DNA from: Octopus sinensis
Lineage: Eukaryota
NCBI RefSeq assembly: GCF_006345805.1
Contig: NC_043000.1
Span: 86,366,001-86,430,000, forward strand
DNA length: 64,000 bases
Direction of reading: 5' to 3'
Position numbers and translations under genes: made by a program
The notes under the pieces: model-generated
What the model saw: the letters and a program-made list of their open reading frames with translations, nothing else
Told to the model about the DNA's origin: nothing
The model's database searches: none
Shown here: positions 26,906 through 40,523 of the stretch, one piece after another
Layout of the letters: each line of letters starts with the position of its first letter
Position numbering within the stretch: the first letter of the stretch is position 1

Positions 26906-29288
26906 CATGTATATGTATGTTACATTCTGAGTTCAAATTCCACTGAGGCCAACCCTGCATTTCATCCTTTCAGGGTTGATAAAATAAATAGCAGTTGAGC
27001 ACTGGGGTCAATGTAATTCACTCAACTACTCTTGGGAAAGAGTATAAAAAACTGCACCTCTATGCTAAGCCATGTCAAGCCAGTGTGGCAGAATAGGCTC
27101 ATTAAACCAGTATGATCTCAAGCTCAAATACATGGCCTCCACATCAGACCATGATTGGGGGAGAGAACATGTTGAGGACTTCATCCTGTAGTGGACAGAA
27201 CATAGGCAATCCTATCCAATCCATGTATAGATATATATATATGTTTATCATTATAAAAAAAAAGCTGCATAAGGCTAAGGAGTACAGGTTTTATGTTTAA
27301 TTAATCTACTGAGAATTTAAAATCTGTTCTACGTCTGTTATGTATCTGTTATATATTAAGAGTAGTTGTATTGCATATAATAAGGTAATTGTTTTAAACT
27401 CAATGCTAGCACTATCTTTTAATTACTGTATACTTATGAGAATGGTCAATTTTTAACTAACGCCATATAAGCCACCAATGTTGGCATTAGCAACAGCAGT
27501 CCAGTGCAGAATAACAAACCAAATTTTTAATCAATATAGAAGACTGCATATCAAAGTAGTGGAAAGCTTCCTGTTCACTGAAATGATAGCAGCAGAAAGA
27601 GAATCAGAGAAAGCTTAAACCAGAACATTGTACAATATAAAAGTATAGATAATAGGTCTAGCTTCATCCATTTACTTTACTAGATTGATGTTGATATATA
27701 TTGCAACACTGGACCAATATGCTAAGTTACCAAATATATTAAATATATGAACTGAACTTATAAGAATGTCAGGACAATTTGAAGGAAAGTTGTGATATTG
27801 ATCAGTAAATAATTTCTTATTCAAAGTTTGCAAAACACAGCAATGTACACAATAGTGGCATCTTAAATGTGTTATCTGAACTAAAACTGCAGTGGTTTTA
27901 AAGGTTAAAGTGATCAATTACATTTCAAGACATAGTATGTTCACACCCTTAGTTTGAACATCTAGTAGAAGTGCATTCTTTTCCTTATCTCAGTGTGTTT
28001 TGTAGATAATGATTCCACACCTTATTTGAAGGCTGACATTAACAATATCCAGTTTTAAAACATCTGCATTTTCAGTTCAAACAAGTATTTCAATTAGTAT
28101 GGCAAACCCCATGAAAAAAATAACGATTGAAAACAGAAGGAAAATTGAGAGGATAGAATGCTGCCTTATGCGTAGCTGAGAGAGAAAGAGAGAGAGAGAG
28201 AACAATATTCTGTCACTTTGTCAATATAATATCTGGTACAATAACATTTATATCCCTTCACAAGAGGAAAACAGTTGACTAAAGATTGTATTGTGATAGA
28301 AATTTGCCTGTAGGTTAACCTGTTCATCAGAGGTAAATTAATCTGTATATTAACCTGTATATTTACCTGTACATTAACCCTTCATAAAATGTGTCCTCTA
28401 CAGAATCAACTTCCTCTTTAAGTTCCACAAAAACCATTCTGAATAAAAATCGAGTCACCTGCCATTTGAAGTCTCCTTAAGCATTAAGACTTAAATTCTT
28501 ACATAGATTCTACAACAAGTTTAGTTTTGAGACCATCTGAATCTTAACCCTTTTGATACTAAATTGCCTGACACCACCCTTGGTTCTTTGATACAAATTT
28601 GCTGTTTTAAAGTGATCTAAATAAAAACCTATAAAATTTTTTTGTAATTTAAGTTGCAAACATCAGCTTAGGAATGACAAAGTTATTTTACTAAATTCTT
28701 TATTATTTTCAAAATTGATAGAAACAATGATGGCGTGTTTTAACAGAAATATGCTTACAAAAAGGTTGAACTCATATCTGAATATAACACTACATTAGTA
28801 TCATTTTGAGCCTAACTCAATACATGATCAAAATAAAACTCCTCTAAATTAAATGTCCATTTTGAGCTCCCTTATTGAGCACCAGATTATAACTTATACG
28901 TTCCTGACAATAGCTTATACAAATAAATAAATTTAAGAAATCACAATGAAGTCAAATTTGTCATCCTTCAACTTTTTCTTTTGTTTACGGCTGCTGACTT
29001 ATACTCTAGCACATCTCACTTAATGTTATCAATATCATGTTTTCTTCTTGGAATTCCTTACATGAATTCACAAAAAATGTAAGAGTAAACATCAAATATC
29101 TGAATTATTAAACCAGAAAATTTCTAGATTTTAGCAACAGAAAGCATGTGAATAAAGCGAAACGTTAACTACCAAATCCAGTTAAACTTCCAACAGAGTC
29201 CAGTATTTTTATTCAACATGGCACCATTACCTTCCATTAAAGTTTTCATTTGATGAGAAATACCTAAATAAAATATCCATCATATTAC

Positions 29289-29336
29289 CTTAAACCAACC
29301 TCCAACAACTTTTATATCTTCTGGAAACATTAGTAT
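29289..29336 (-). CDS. Candidate internal exon (48 nt, phase 0-0)
   Basis: atcttctatttaag|ILMFPEDIKVVGGWFK|gtaata; only phase 0 is open. Confidence 0.35.
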
Positions 29337-29988
29337 CTTAAATAGAAGATAATGGTGAAGGCCAGCAAGGTTGCTCTTAATGTCAACATACAAAGAAAGC
29401 AAATTTATTCTTTATCATGGTTGAATGTTAGAAATAATTGCTTGGAAAGCAACTAGAAATTTATATCTCCTCAATTGGAGAATTACTACATACTACTTCA
29501 TTATCATTATTATTATTATTATCATCATCATCATTATTATTATTATTAATATATACAGGAAATTGAAAGAAATCAGAGAAGCATAAATGTCTTGAAAATG
29601 TAGTATTGACTGGAGCAAGTAATAACAAAGACAAAATAAAGACAACAATGTTCAGTAAGAGTCACAAACAAAGAGTCTGGGACTTCTATACATTTTGTGT
29701 GTGCAGTTGTAGGACACAGAACTATTTAAGCAAGTGAAAACCATACAAGCAGAAAACATCAAACTAAAAAGAACAAAATCTCTTCTCTCCTTTTATTATG
29801 TTTTGCATAGTAACATTTTGGATAAATAATGGAACTGGCATTCTTCAAATACAAAGCCTGATTATTAATACACAGAGAAATGAGAATGGCAAAAGGAATT
29901 TTCAAATCAATCTTGAATGAGAAGGCATTCTTAGCAAGAAGTTTTTATGAGGTTAAACAAAGAATATTACTTGTTGGTAAGCAATCAG

Positions 29989-30073
<85 letters not shown>

Positions 30074-30626
30074 ATAATTTGAGTATAGTTTTCTTCTGAA
30101 GAGCTACTCCAGATATATCTTGTTCTCTACACAGCTATTAACTCTAAGGCATCTAAATTTCTTGATTAAATGCTTAAATGTTTGAGATAAATTATTGTTA
30201 ATACAATTATAATTTTTCAGACTGATTAATCCCATCTTTACAGATGAAATAACAACATTTCAGTTGATTCAATCAGTGATAAACATTAGGGGTCTTATTC
30301 CTGGATATATAGTGATTTGAAGTAGTGGTACAGTGAATAAGAGTATTATTACAATGAAGCTCAGTAATAAGTATCTTTTATCTTTTACTTGTTTCAATCA
30401 TTAGACAGTAGCCATACTGGGACACTGCATTGAAGGGTTTAACTGATCAAACTGACACGGGTAGTTTTCTGTTTTAAAGTCTGCTATTCCATCGGTCTCT
30501 TTTGGCTGAATCTCTGAGTAATTTAAACAAACCACCACTCATTGTCAAGTGATGGTGAGCAACAAACACAAATACAATGACATACACACATAGATACACA
30601 TGCGTGCACACGCACACACACCCATC

Positions 30627-30690
30627 TATCCATGGATGGATGGATGGATGGATGGATGGATGGATGGATGGATGGATGGATGGATGGATG

Positions 30691-30774
<84 letters not shown>
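30627..30774. repeat. Compound (GGAT)n(AGAT)n tetranucleotide microsatellite
   Basis: Directly visible. Confidence 0.95.
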
Positions 30775-31619
30775 TGATGAGCTTCTTTCAGTGAAATGAG
30801 TGAAATGGTGGTGGGGAGGTCACTGTGTGTAAAAGAACTCTGTTTTAACCCATAATATCTTGTGGCTGTTGAAATGGTGTTATCCACATTTAAAATGACA
30901 AAAAGAAAAAAAAAAGGATGATCTCGGTTCACAAAGTACAAGAAATTAAGGAAATGTACAATACACAACTCTCTTTTACACTATATCAGATGGCAAAAGC
31001 TTAATCTGTTCAGAAATGCTTTTTATCATATATCATTGGTTAACAGGCTAAAGCAGAGAATAATTTGTTAAAATGTAGACTCTGACAATTGTCTAAGAAT
31101 AAAAGTTGCCAAACTTTCTAAGAATATTGACTCTTGCAGTAAAATTAAGGATAATGGATTTTTTTATATTTGTAACAGTGACATTTTATAACATTGCTAA
31201 ATAACCTATTCTAATTCCATTGTAAGAATGATGCTTTTTAAAAAAATGTATTCTTGATAATGGTTTCCAACATTTGTAACAGAATTTTGAAAGTGATGTG
31301 CCAGATTCTGAACATATGTTGCTGACTTTATTTATTCATCTACTAGGATCTCTATTCAAAGTTTCAGGCCTGTTGAAGCTTTAAGAAATAGATTTCAGAA
31401 ACTTCTGAACCTTTACAACTCTAAGTAGTATTAGAATGAAGCTTCAACATCCAGTAAATGAATATAATAATAACGGTCACTCTTGTAGATTTTGATGTAT
31501 GAGAGTTCGAAGGAGAGAATAAAAAAAAATAAAGTAAAATAAAAAAGAAAAGATAGAAAAAATGTGAGACAAAGAAAGAACAACTTCAAAAATAGAAGAA
31601 TAAAAGAAGCTGTATCTAT

Positions 31620-31836
31620 TTGTTTCTACTCTAGGCACAAGGCCCGAAACTTTTGGGGAGGGGGAACCAGTCAATTAGATTGACCCCAGTACACAACTGG
31701 TACTTAATTTATCGATCCCGAAAGGATGAAAGGCAAAGTCGACCTCAGTGGAATTCGAACTCAGAACATAAAGACAGATGAAATACCACTAAGCATTTCG
31801 CCTGGCATGCTAACGTTTCTGCCAGCTTGCCGCCTT
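31620..31836 (-). mobile_element. tRNA-derived SINE, family B
   Basis: Minus strand: aaggcggcaagctggcagaaacgttag..gagttcgaattcc (B box)..gcctttcatcctttcgggatcgataaattaagtaccag, a central segment resembling V/Meta-type SINE domains (domain name uncertain). Confidence 0.85.
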
Positions 31837-31924
31837 GAAGCTGCATCTATTTGCAATGGATGAGTGAATGTAATTTGAGTCCAGGTATGGATTTTGCTAT
31901 GAAGTCACACTGGGGACACTGCTG

Positions 31925-32135
31925 ATTTTGGTTTTGCACAAGGCCTGAAATTTTAGGGGAAGGGCCAAGACAATTACATTGACCCCAGTGTACTACTGGT
32001 ACTTACTTTACTGACCCTAAAAGGATGGAAAGCAAAATCGACCTTGACAAAATTTGAACTCAGAATGTAGAAGAGAGAGAAACACCACAATGCATTTTGT
32101 TCAGCATACTAAGAATTTTACCAGCTCACCACCTT
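31925..32135 (-). mobile_element. SINE family B, older copy
   Basis: Colinear with 31620-31836. Confidence 0.75.
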
Positions 32136-32997
32136 AGATAATTAATAACATCAACAACAACAACCACAAGCTTATTGTATACAATGCTCAGGTGCTCCAC
32201 AATTCATTAGGAAAAGGTAAAGAAAGGGCCAGAAAGCAGAAATAAGTCAAGTAAAGAAAAACAGCATTGATAGTCAAAAGTATATGCATTGTACACAGCA
32301 AAAATCCCATAAGGAGGAAAGGGTACATAGGCACATTGGGAGTAGAGTTGGTGATTTACAAGAAGCATGGAATTTTTGAAGGATGCAATGTCTAGTCAAC
32401 AAACACCCAACAATTCTGACTGAAAAACATTTCCAAAAGTCATGGATACTGAGCTATTTTTGGATTTAATATGTATGAGTGAGTTTATGGGCCAAAACAT
32501 TTTATTGATGGAAGTTCTTTCTCTAAAGATTTCTCCTGCTGTTCACTTGCCCTGTAGCTAGTTTCCACTTACTTTTCTATTTTACAGTTAAATGCTGCAG
32601 TCATATGTTTAAGACTTATGCCAAAAATAAAAATTAAAAAATGGTAATGTTTTATTAGTATTTTTCTTTCATTCCATTAGTCAACAGAAATCCATAGATT
32701 AACCATGTCAGCATAACCTTAGAATGGTTTCGGTGACATTTCTAATTACACACAAGTTGGTCAGAAATGGTTTAATAGTAAGCAAGTAATTCGTATTGAT
32801 TAACTAAATTTCCAAGAAATATTGTCTATGAAGAATTATGATTTTCCTACTTGTTAGCCAGTTCTAACAAGGAGCACATCTAAGGATAGAGTGATAAAAA
32901 CAATGTCTGTAATATAGTAAATGATTTCTACAGATTTAGATTACAGTTGGTACTGTGTAACATGACGATGTTGATGATGATAATGACAACAATGATG

Positions 32998-33255
32998 ATG
33001 GAAGAAGAAGAAGAAGAAGAAGAAGAAGAAGAAGAAGAGAAGAAGAAGAAGAAGAAGAGAAGAAGAAGAAGAAGAAGAAGAAGAAGAGAAGAGAAGAAGA
33101 AGAAAAGAAGAAGAAGAAGAAGAAGAAGAAAAAGAAGAAGAAGAAGAAGAAGAAGAAGAAGAAGAAGAAGAAGAAGAAGAAGAAGAAGAAGAAGAAGAAG
33201 AAGAAGAAGAAGAAGAAGAAGAAGAAGAAGAAGAAGAAGAAGAAGAAGAAGAAGA
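32998..33255. repeat. (GAA)n triplet repeat, about 260 bp with few interruptions
   Basis: Directly visible. Confidence 0.97.
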
Positions 33256-33323
33256 CAACAACCATATATAGTAGAGTGGACTAAAGAATAACTTCTGAAT
33301 GTTTGCAATCGAACATAACTTAC

Positions 33324-33412
33324 CTCGAGTGTTGCAAGCATTCACATCAGCCCCACAAGATATCAATAACTTAACAATTTCTGAGAGACCATTTGCACAG
33401 GCAACATGAAAG
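33324..33412 (-). CDS. Internal exon encoding an ankyrin repeat (host gene unidentified)
   Basis: ttcttcttttataatcag|C TTT CAT.. = FHVACANGLSEIVKLLISCGADVNACNTR(G)|gtaagt. 89 nt with canonical acceptor and donor and the ankyrin consensus LHxAxxxGxxEIVKLLLxxGADVN. Confidence 0.8.
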
Positions 33413-34094
33413 CTGATTATAAAAGAAGAAATGAAACACAAATAAATTGAAGCATAGCTTAACACAAACACTAGAAAGCTGAAAAAACAAACATTTCTGG
33501 TGAAAATAAATATCAGAACCAAGACACAATAATGTTTGAAATATAATCATTTGTATTCTAATCAAAAATTTCTTGTTTTAATATGATATTTTAATGACAA
33601 GTGAAGTTGAACTAGGATTAGAAAACCTAGATTTCAATGAAAAAAATGAAAATTAATGTAACAATATTTAACCCTTTTGTTCTGATATTTCTGTTGAAAT
33701 ACACTTTGTGACTTTTGATTAATTTTGAAAATAATGAGGAATTTAGTAAAACAATTTTGTCATTATTAAACCAGTGTTTGGAATATAAATTAACATGAAA
33801 TTTTAATGCAAAATTTAAATTTTGATTACTTTAAGTGAAATGTTTGTTCCATAGAATTAAGTGTAGTTTCAGGCAAGTTGATATCAAAGGGGTTAATGTT
33901 TGTTATTTTTTCACTTTTTGCAACAGCCTTTTAAAACAAGTCTTAAAATTTAATATTTCAACATCCATATAATGATCAAGTATATTCATGCCAGTTTACA
34001 ATATCCCAACAGTCCTTATTGGTTGCATGGTGATACATGAAATTTCCAGCAATATTCCATCATAAGAGAAATAATATATGCATTATTGTAGGTA

Positions 34095-34290
34095 CAGGTG
34101 TGGCTGTGTAGCTAGGAAGCTGACTTCCCAACCATATAATTTCAGGTTCAATCTCACTGTATAGTACCTTGAACAAATGTCTTTCACTATAGCCTGAGGT
34201 CGACCAAAGCCTTGTGGGTTGATTTGATAGACAAAAACTGAAAAGAACTTGTTACATGTGTGTATATATATGTGTGTGCGTATGTATGTA
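34095..34290 (+). mobile_element. SINE family A head, interrupted in its microsatellite by an RTE insertion
   Basis: caggtgtggctgtgtagc..gacaaaaactgaaaagaa then (TA/TG/TATG)n. Repeat-like sequence resumes after 36097. Confidence 0.7.
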
Positions 34291-34299
34291 TGTATGTAT

Positions 34300-36097
34300 G
34301 ATCCCTCATGCACAATCCTTCTCCACCTGCTACGATCAATAGCTATGCCTTCCCATGTGTCAGGAGAGATGCAAGCATCTCTTAAGGAAGCCTTCAGCAA
34401 GTCCTTATACCTCTTTTTTGGTTTATGTGGAGGTCATTCTCCTTTAGCTAACTCTCCATAAAAGAGTTGTTTTGGCATCCTTAAATCCTTCATTCTGACC
34501 AGATGACCACTCCATCTGAGCCTTTGCTTTAACACAAGAGCTTCTATACTTTCACATCAAGAGCGTTCCAATATTTCAAGATCACTGATGCAGTCCTTCC
34601 ACTTAATGCCATAGATCCGTCTGAGGCACATCTGATGGAAACGTTTAAGGTAGTATCGATATGTGACCCACGTCTTGCAGGCATAGAGAAGAGAAGGAAG
34701 CACACATGCCTTGTACACCTTTATCTTTGTCTTTCTGCATATGTCTCGCCAACTCCAGAGGCGCTTTACTAGCTTTCCGAAAGCAACACTTGCTTTCCTA
34801 ATTCTATATGGAATTTCATCATCCAAATTGCTATATCTATTAATAGTGCTTCTCAGGCAGACAAACTGATCAACTACATCAAGTCGTTTACCATACACAT
34901 AGATATTTGGTACACTATACTGCTTACCAGGGGCAGGTTGATGCATGATAACAGTTTTCTTGAGATTGACTGTCAATCCTAAGGCAGTGCAAGCATCAGA
35001 GAATGCATTCAAAATGTGTTGCATATCAATCTCTGTATGTGCTACTAGCTCACAATCATCTTTTGAGAAATCTCGAGTTGCACATGAGAAAGTAAGGAGG
35101 GATGTCATGAAGGACATCGCTGTTACACTTCCAGAAGGGAAGGGTCTTCCTTTGATGCTGACATGCAATGTCTGTGCAAGATCCTGCCTCAGTAAAGCTG
35201 GACTCAAGAGTCATCTTCATAGTCATAAAATGAGACAGATGAGTGACAATCTGGCCACTGGTGGTGGTGTAACACACCATACTAATCATATCTGTCGGGC
35301 ATGTGGAAGAGAGTGTAATTCGGCAGGAGGACTTAAACGACATGCAAAGGTACATGAAGCCCAGTTACAACTACAGCCGGCTATTACCAGTAAAGGTTTT
35401 AGTTGCCAATTTTGTCAGACATTGTAGATCTTTAGCTGAGCTAAAAAGTCACATCGATCACAGCAGCACCAGTAACAGTTAAGCCTCGTGCAATGGCCAT
35501 ACTCGATAACGAGGGGGCAGCCATAATGTATGTATGTATGTATGTATGTATGTATGTATGTATGTATGTATGTATGTATGTATGTATGTATGTATGTATG
35601 TATGTATGTATGTATGTATGTATGTATGTATGTATGTATGTTGTATGTATGTATGTATGTATGTATGTATGTATGTATGTATGTAGTATGTATGTATGTA
35701 TGTATGTATGTATGTATGTATGTTATGTATGTATGTATGTATGATTATGTATGTATGTATGTATGTATGTATGTATGTATGTATGTATGTATGTATGTAT
35801 GTATGTATGTATGTATGTATGATGTATGTATGTATGTATGTATGTATGTATGTATGTATGTGTATGTATGTATGTATGTATGTATGTATGTATGTATGTG
35901 TATGTATGTATGTATGTATGTATGTATGTATGTATGTATGTATGTATGTATGTATGTATGTATGTATGTATGTATGTATGTATGTATGTATGTATGTATG
36001 TATGTATGTATGTATGTATGTATGTATGTATGTATGTATGTATGTATGTATGTATGTATGTATGTATGTATGTATGTATGTATGTATGTATGTATGT
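34300..36097 (+). mobile_element. Second RTE family, 5'-inverted (twin-primed) insertion with C2H2-finger C-terminus and (ATGT)n tail
   Basis: 34300-35061 reads on minus (DDCELVAH..GLTVNLKKT..RWRRIVHEGS); 35062-35525 reads on plus (FEKSRVAHEK..zinc fingers); the two ends are contiguous in RTE ORFs. Confidence 0.88.
35526..36097. repeat. (ATGT)n tract, about 570 bp
   Basis: Directly visible; forms the tail of the RTE above. Confidence 0.97.
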
Positions 36098-37064
36098 ACT
36101 CATGTCTTAACATCACATGATGGCTGTAAAAGAGCATCACTGTTATAAGAGTTATGTTATTCATTTCCAGTCTTCCATGAAAAAACGTATGTCTGGCTAT
36201 AGGAAATATTACCTTACTTGGAAACAGGTGACAGGAAAGACAACTGGTTCAAGAAAACCAGCCTCAACAAATTCCATGTGACCCATTTAAGGATGGAAAA
36301 GTGGACATTAAAATAATGATGTATGATGATAAAAGTGGTTATGTCTGAAACTACAACCTTTTTAATTTCTATAACTTTCCTTTCACTGTTTACATTCTGT
36401 GTTCAAACCTTGCTGAGGTCAACTTAGTTTTTCCTCCTTTCAAGATTGATAAAATAAAGTACTAGTCAAATAACCATTTAGAGATACCTTAAATTTCTTG
36501 CATATGGGTTCGGAATTATACAACCTTTAGTTCTATCAACAAATAACAGTGTGTGTGTGTTTGTGTGTGTGTGTGTGCACATATGTGTATGTGTCTCTGT
36601 GATGATGTGTGTAGCATGAATGCATGTGTGCCTGTGTTTATGCATGTGTATGTGTGTGTAATTCTGTGTAGTGTGACTATATGTACGTATATATGTTAAT
36701 GTGCATGTATATGTATGTATGTGTATACGTGTGCACGAGTATGTGTGCTTATGTGTGTGTACCCATGCATGTTTGCATATGTGTATGTACCTGTGCATGT
36801 TTGCATATGTATGTGTATGAACATGCATGCACACTTTTTTATGCAAGTGTGTGTGTGTGTATCATGTACAGTATTGTCAGTAGTTAGTGGTTTTTCTCAT
36901 AGTAAAGAGGTTATTAAGGTGTAAATATCTTACTGAATTCCGTCTGATTGAGAATGCATAAATTATGTTTAAACTTAGGTACCTGACTCTATCAAGTTTA
37001 AAATTCCAATGTTGATGCCTTTTCAAAATCACTTTTTCAGTTTTTTAACAAAAAAATTTTTTAT

Positions 37065-37390
37065 CATAGAAACAGCTATGGTTGTATGGTAAGAAGTTTC
37101 TTCTTAACCACATGATTTTGGGTTCAGTCCAATTGCATGGCACTTTGGGCAAGTGTCTTCTACTATAGCCTCGAGCTGACCAAAGCTTTGTGAGTGGATT
37201 TGGTGGCTGGAATCTGAAAGAAGCCCATTGTATATATGTATATATCAAAATGTGTGTCTTTGTGTATGTGTTTATTCCCCACCACTACTTGACAACCAGT
37301 GTTGGTTTATTTATGTGAATGTAACTTAGCAGTTTGGCAAAAAGGACTGACTGAAAAATAAGTACTGGAGTTAATTTGTTCGACTAAACC
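37065..37390 (+). mobile_element. SINE family A
   Basis: Colinear with 1151-1500. Confidence 0.8.
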
Positions 37391-38587
37391 CTTCATGTCT
37401 GTAAATTAATATTAATTGCTTCAATTTATGAACTTTTCTGATTTTCTTTGGCACCTTATTGTCAAAGCTATTCTGAGTCATATACAGAAAGCTATAGAAT
37501 CATAAATAAATTGGTCTTCATCAGTTTCATTGATGATAATCGAGTTGTTCAATAAACTGAACTACCTGTTCATTAAATTAGCAGGTAAGTGGCTGAGTTT
37601 TCCACAGGTACAGGTACATGTAACCTCAATGTAATACTCAGGCAAAATGAGTTTAACATAGTGTATGACAAGGCCAGACCTTAATGTAATACTCAGGCAA
37701 AATGAGGGTAACACAGTGTATGACAAGGACAGACATTTAAATTACAGGCACAATCCATTTGATGGCCTTTCACACAGTTTCAGTCAACCTAATTGGGCAG
37801 TGTGAATTTCTGATGAGAGGAGGTGGGTAACACCCACTCAAAAAGTGAAGCTCAAAATCAACCTTGTTCTCCTTTGCAAAATTTCTCTTATAGACCTTGC
37901 CACTCAACTTTAGATTCCATTAACAGTGTCCACTTTGTTGCAGGCACTAGGGTCAGTACTCTGTTCCCACCACCCACTCATGGAGACTTTTAAAAGCAAG
38001 GTAATCAGCTCTGATGTATAGACTTTTATATGTCTATCGATAATCATGCCTAAGTTTGCATTAAAAATGAACAGCTTATATGTGAAATAATTTATGGATG
38101 GACAGAAATATTTAAATATTTCTGAAAGTAAACAAGAGCTGTTAGCAACTGATTAAATATTCATTTAACAATAATCAAAACCATTTGACTCAGCTTAATA
38201 GCCAAAGATAATTACAAATTATGTCTTAAATATAGTTTGCATACAGAAAGACAAAAATTAACTTCAAAGACTGAATTCAACAAATGTTCCTGCTTTCCTC
38301 TTATTTACTGACTCCACCACCACCACCATAACTCAAAACTAAAACTTTTATTAAATTCTTCTTCACTTTGAACTCCAAAATAAATGACATTCATAGCCAA
38401 TTTCCATTTCTCATTCCAGCATATCATTCTCCAGCACCACCTCATATTTACTTGTAATAAACATGAATAACTGGTGTGTCTACATCAAATTGTAAAAGAT
38501 CTAATCTACACCTTGAAAAGTTACTTGAGAAGTTTCATGGAATTCATTTAAAATTAATTAAATAGATATAAACTTCTTAGATAATAT

Positions 38588-38635
<48 letters not shown>

Positions 38636-40523
38636 GTGTTCTTGTTATCACATGATCAAGCCACTGGCAATTAAACCAGCAAAACCAGCCACGAGTGTTT
38701 TTTTTTTATTTTTTTATGGTGGACATTTTGCGGGACAAAAAATAAAACTTGTCAAAAGACAAAATAACTCAGTAGAGTCAATGACCATCCAACAGCTGGG
38801 AGTGAGAGGCCCCTAGTCTTTGTTTAGACATCTCTCCGGAAAGAAAACTCTTATGTAACACATATGACTTTGTTTACCTCTGATGATGTCAGCTACTTCA
38901 TCGCTTTTTTTTTCTTTTTTTTTTTTAAATGCATATGTTGTTCAGAGAATGGGATAGGCCCTGCACAAGGCCTTTCCTGACTTTAAAAAGCTTAACACCC
39001 AGATATCATTTGATTTTTAACATTTTTATTATGTTCTGTATGTTGTAGTTAAGCATGGGTGGTAAGCTCTGTGAACACCTGCTGCAAAAGGTACCCATCA
39101 TTGCTTTATCTGTTCAAAAGTGTGTAGGTCCCAAGCAGGACTGAAAGGCCAAATCCATGTTGCTTATGATGTTTAAGAGAAGAATCAAGTGAGGACATTG
39201 CTTTAATACTACCACTAGGATGACAACAATGAAGATGATGATGATGACAACACTGTCATCACTGTCAGCAGCAGAAGACTACACTGAGCACAGACCATAT
39301 TTTAAGTGTTGCTTGACATAGATTAGCAATATTAATTTTCAGTTAAGACTATGATTAATTAGTTAATTATCAAGATATTGATAACTAACAACATTTAGAT
39401 TGTTATCAAATGCCTGATTAAATGAATAAGTATCTAACTTTATGAAGGAATATCATGGGAATTAGCAGAGAAAACATGGAGAAGAGCAACTAGGTCCTTC
39501 TAGTATCTGAGGCCTTTTCAGTAATTCAAAATATATCTGAAGAAATGATATCTTTAGCAGATTACTATAAAAGTAAATTTAAATATCAGTGAATTTTGCT
39601 TTTTCTTTTTGTCAACTATCATTATATAATCCTGTTTATATAAAGCTTTGAATATAAGTTGGTATTTTCTTTGAAAACAGAACAGAATATCTTAGGAAAA
39701 TAGGATTATTCAACAAATAGATTTAACCAAAGTTTACCATTTCTAATACTTTGCTTCAGATAGCAATATCTAACATCTCTATAAGTCCAGCTCTCAGCCT
39801 AATAGCATATTTCCTGTTAAAATTTTCACTCTTTATTGCTCTCACTCACTCCCATTTCTCTCTTTTTCCCTTTCTCTCTCTCTCTCACTCTCTCAGACAC
39901 ACACACATACATGTGCACACACCCACATACACAAATATACTGACATAAAATTCTTCCATTATCTGCTATGTATGTTATTTACACATTTATAATATGTGTG
40001 TGGTATTATTGTTGGGGTTTTGTGAAAATATGGTTTTCTAATTTACTAGTGTGAATTTGGCAAAACGAGGGGGGTCTTAATGATGATAACATGGACATAT
40101 TATCAGTTTGTATAAATAGTTGTCCACTGGGGCTTCTTAAGAGAAGCAAACAAATGCAAGTATTTAGCCATTAAAAAAAATTTAGTAGGATAGGCATCAC
40201 CATTTTCTATTAAACCAAGTGATAGTTCTATATTCCATGGCTGATGATACATTAATAAATTTAGTAAGTTTAGCAAGAGCGAAAATGATGCAAACAGCAT
40301 ATAGCTACTGAATAATTAATAATTTACTTTGGAAATGTATATTTAGGTATTTACATAATATTTTATAGGTTTGTTGTCTAATCATTTACACATCACCTTA
40401 GCTATTAAACTTAAAAACAAACAATAATATATTAATAGGTAAAGTTAAAACAAGAGTGATCCCTCATTTTGATGCAACAGAAGGTGTGATATCTGCATTA
40501 AAACATTATATTTATTTTTGCAC

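Noticed and set aside
29876-29976. Plus-strand exon-like segment EMRMAKGIFKS..ILLV|gtaagc
   Set aside because: Good donor but weak acceptor, no recognisable domain, and opposite to the ankyrin exon.
32928-33341. Poly-L/F/S/E/R ORFs
   Set aside because: Translations of (GAA)n; only 33324-33412 is exon-like.
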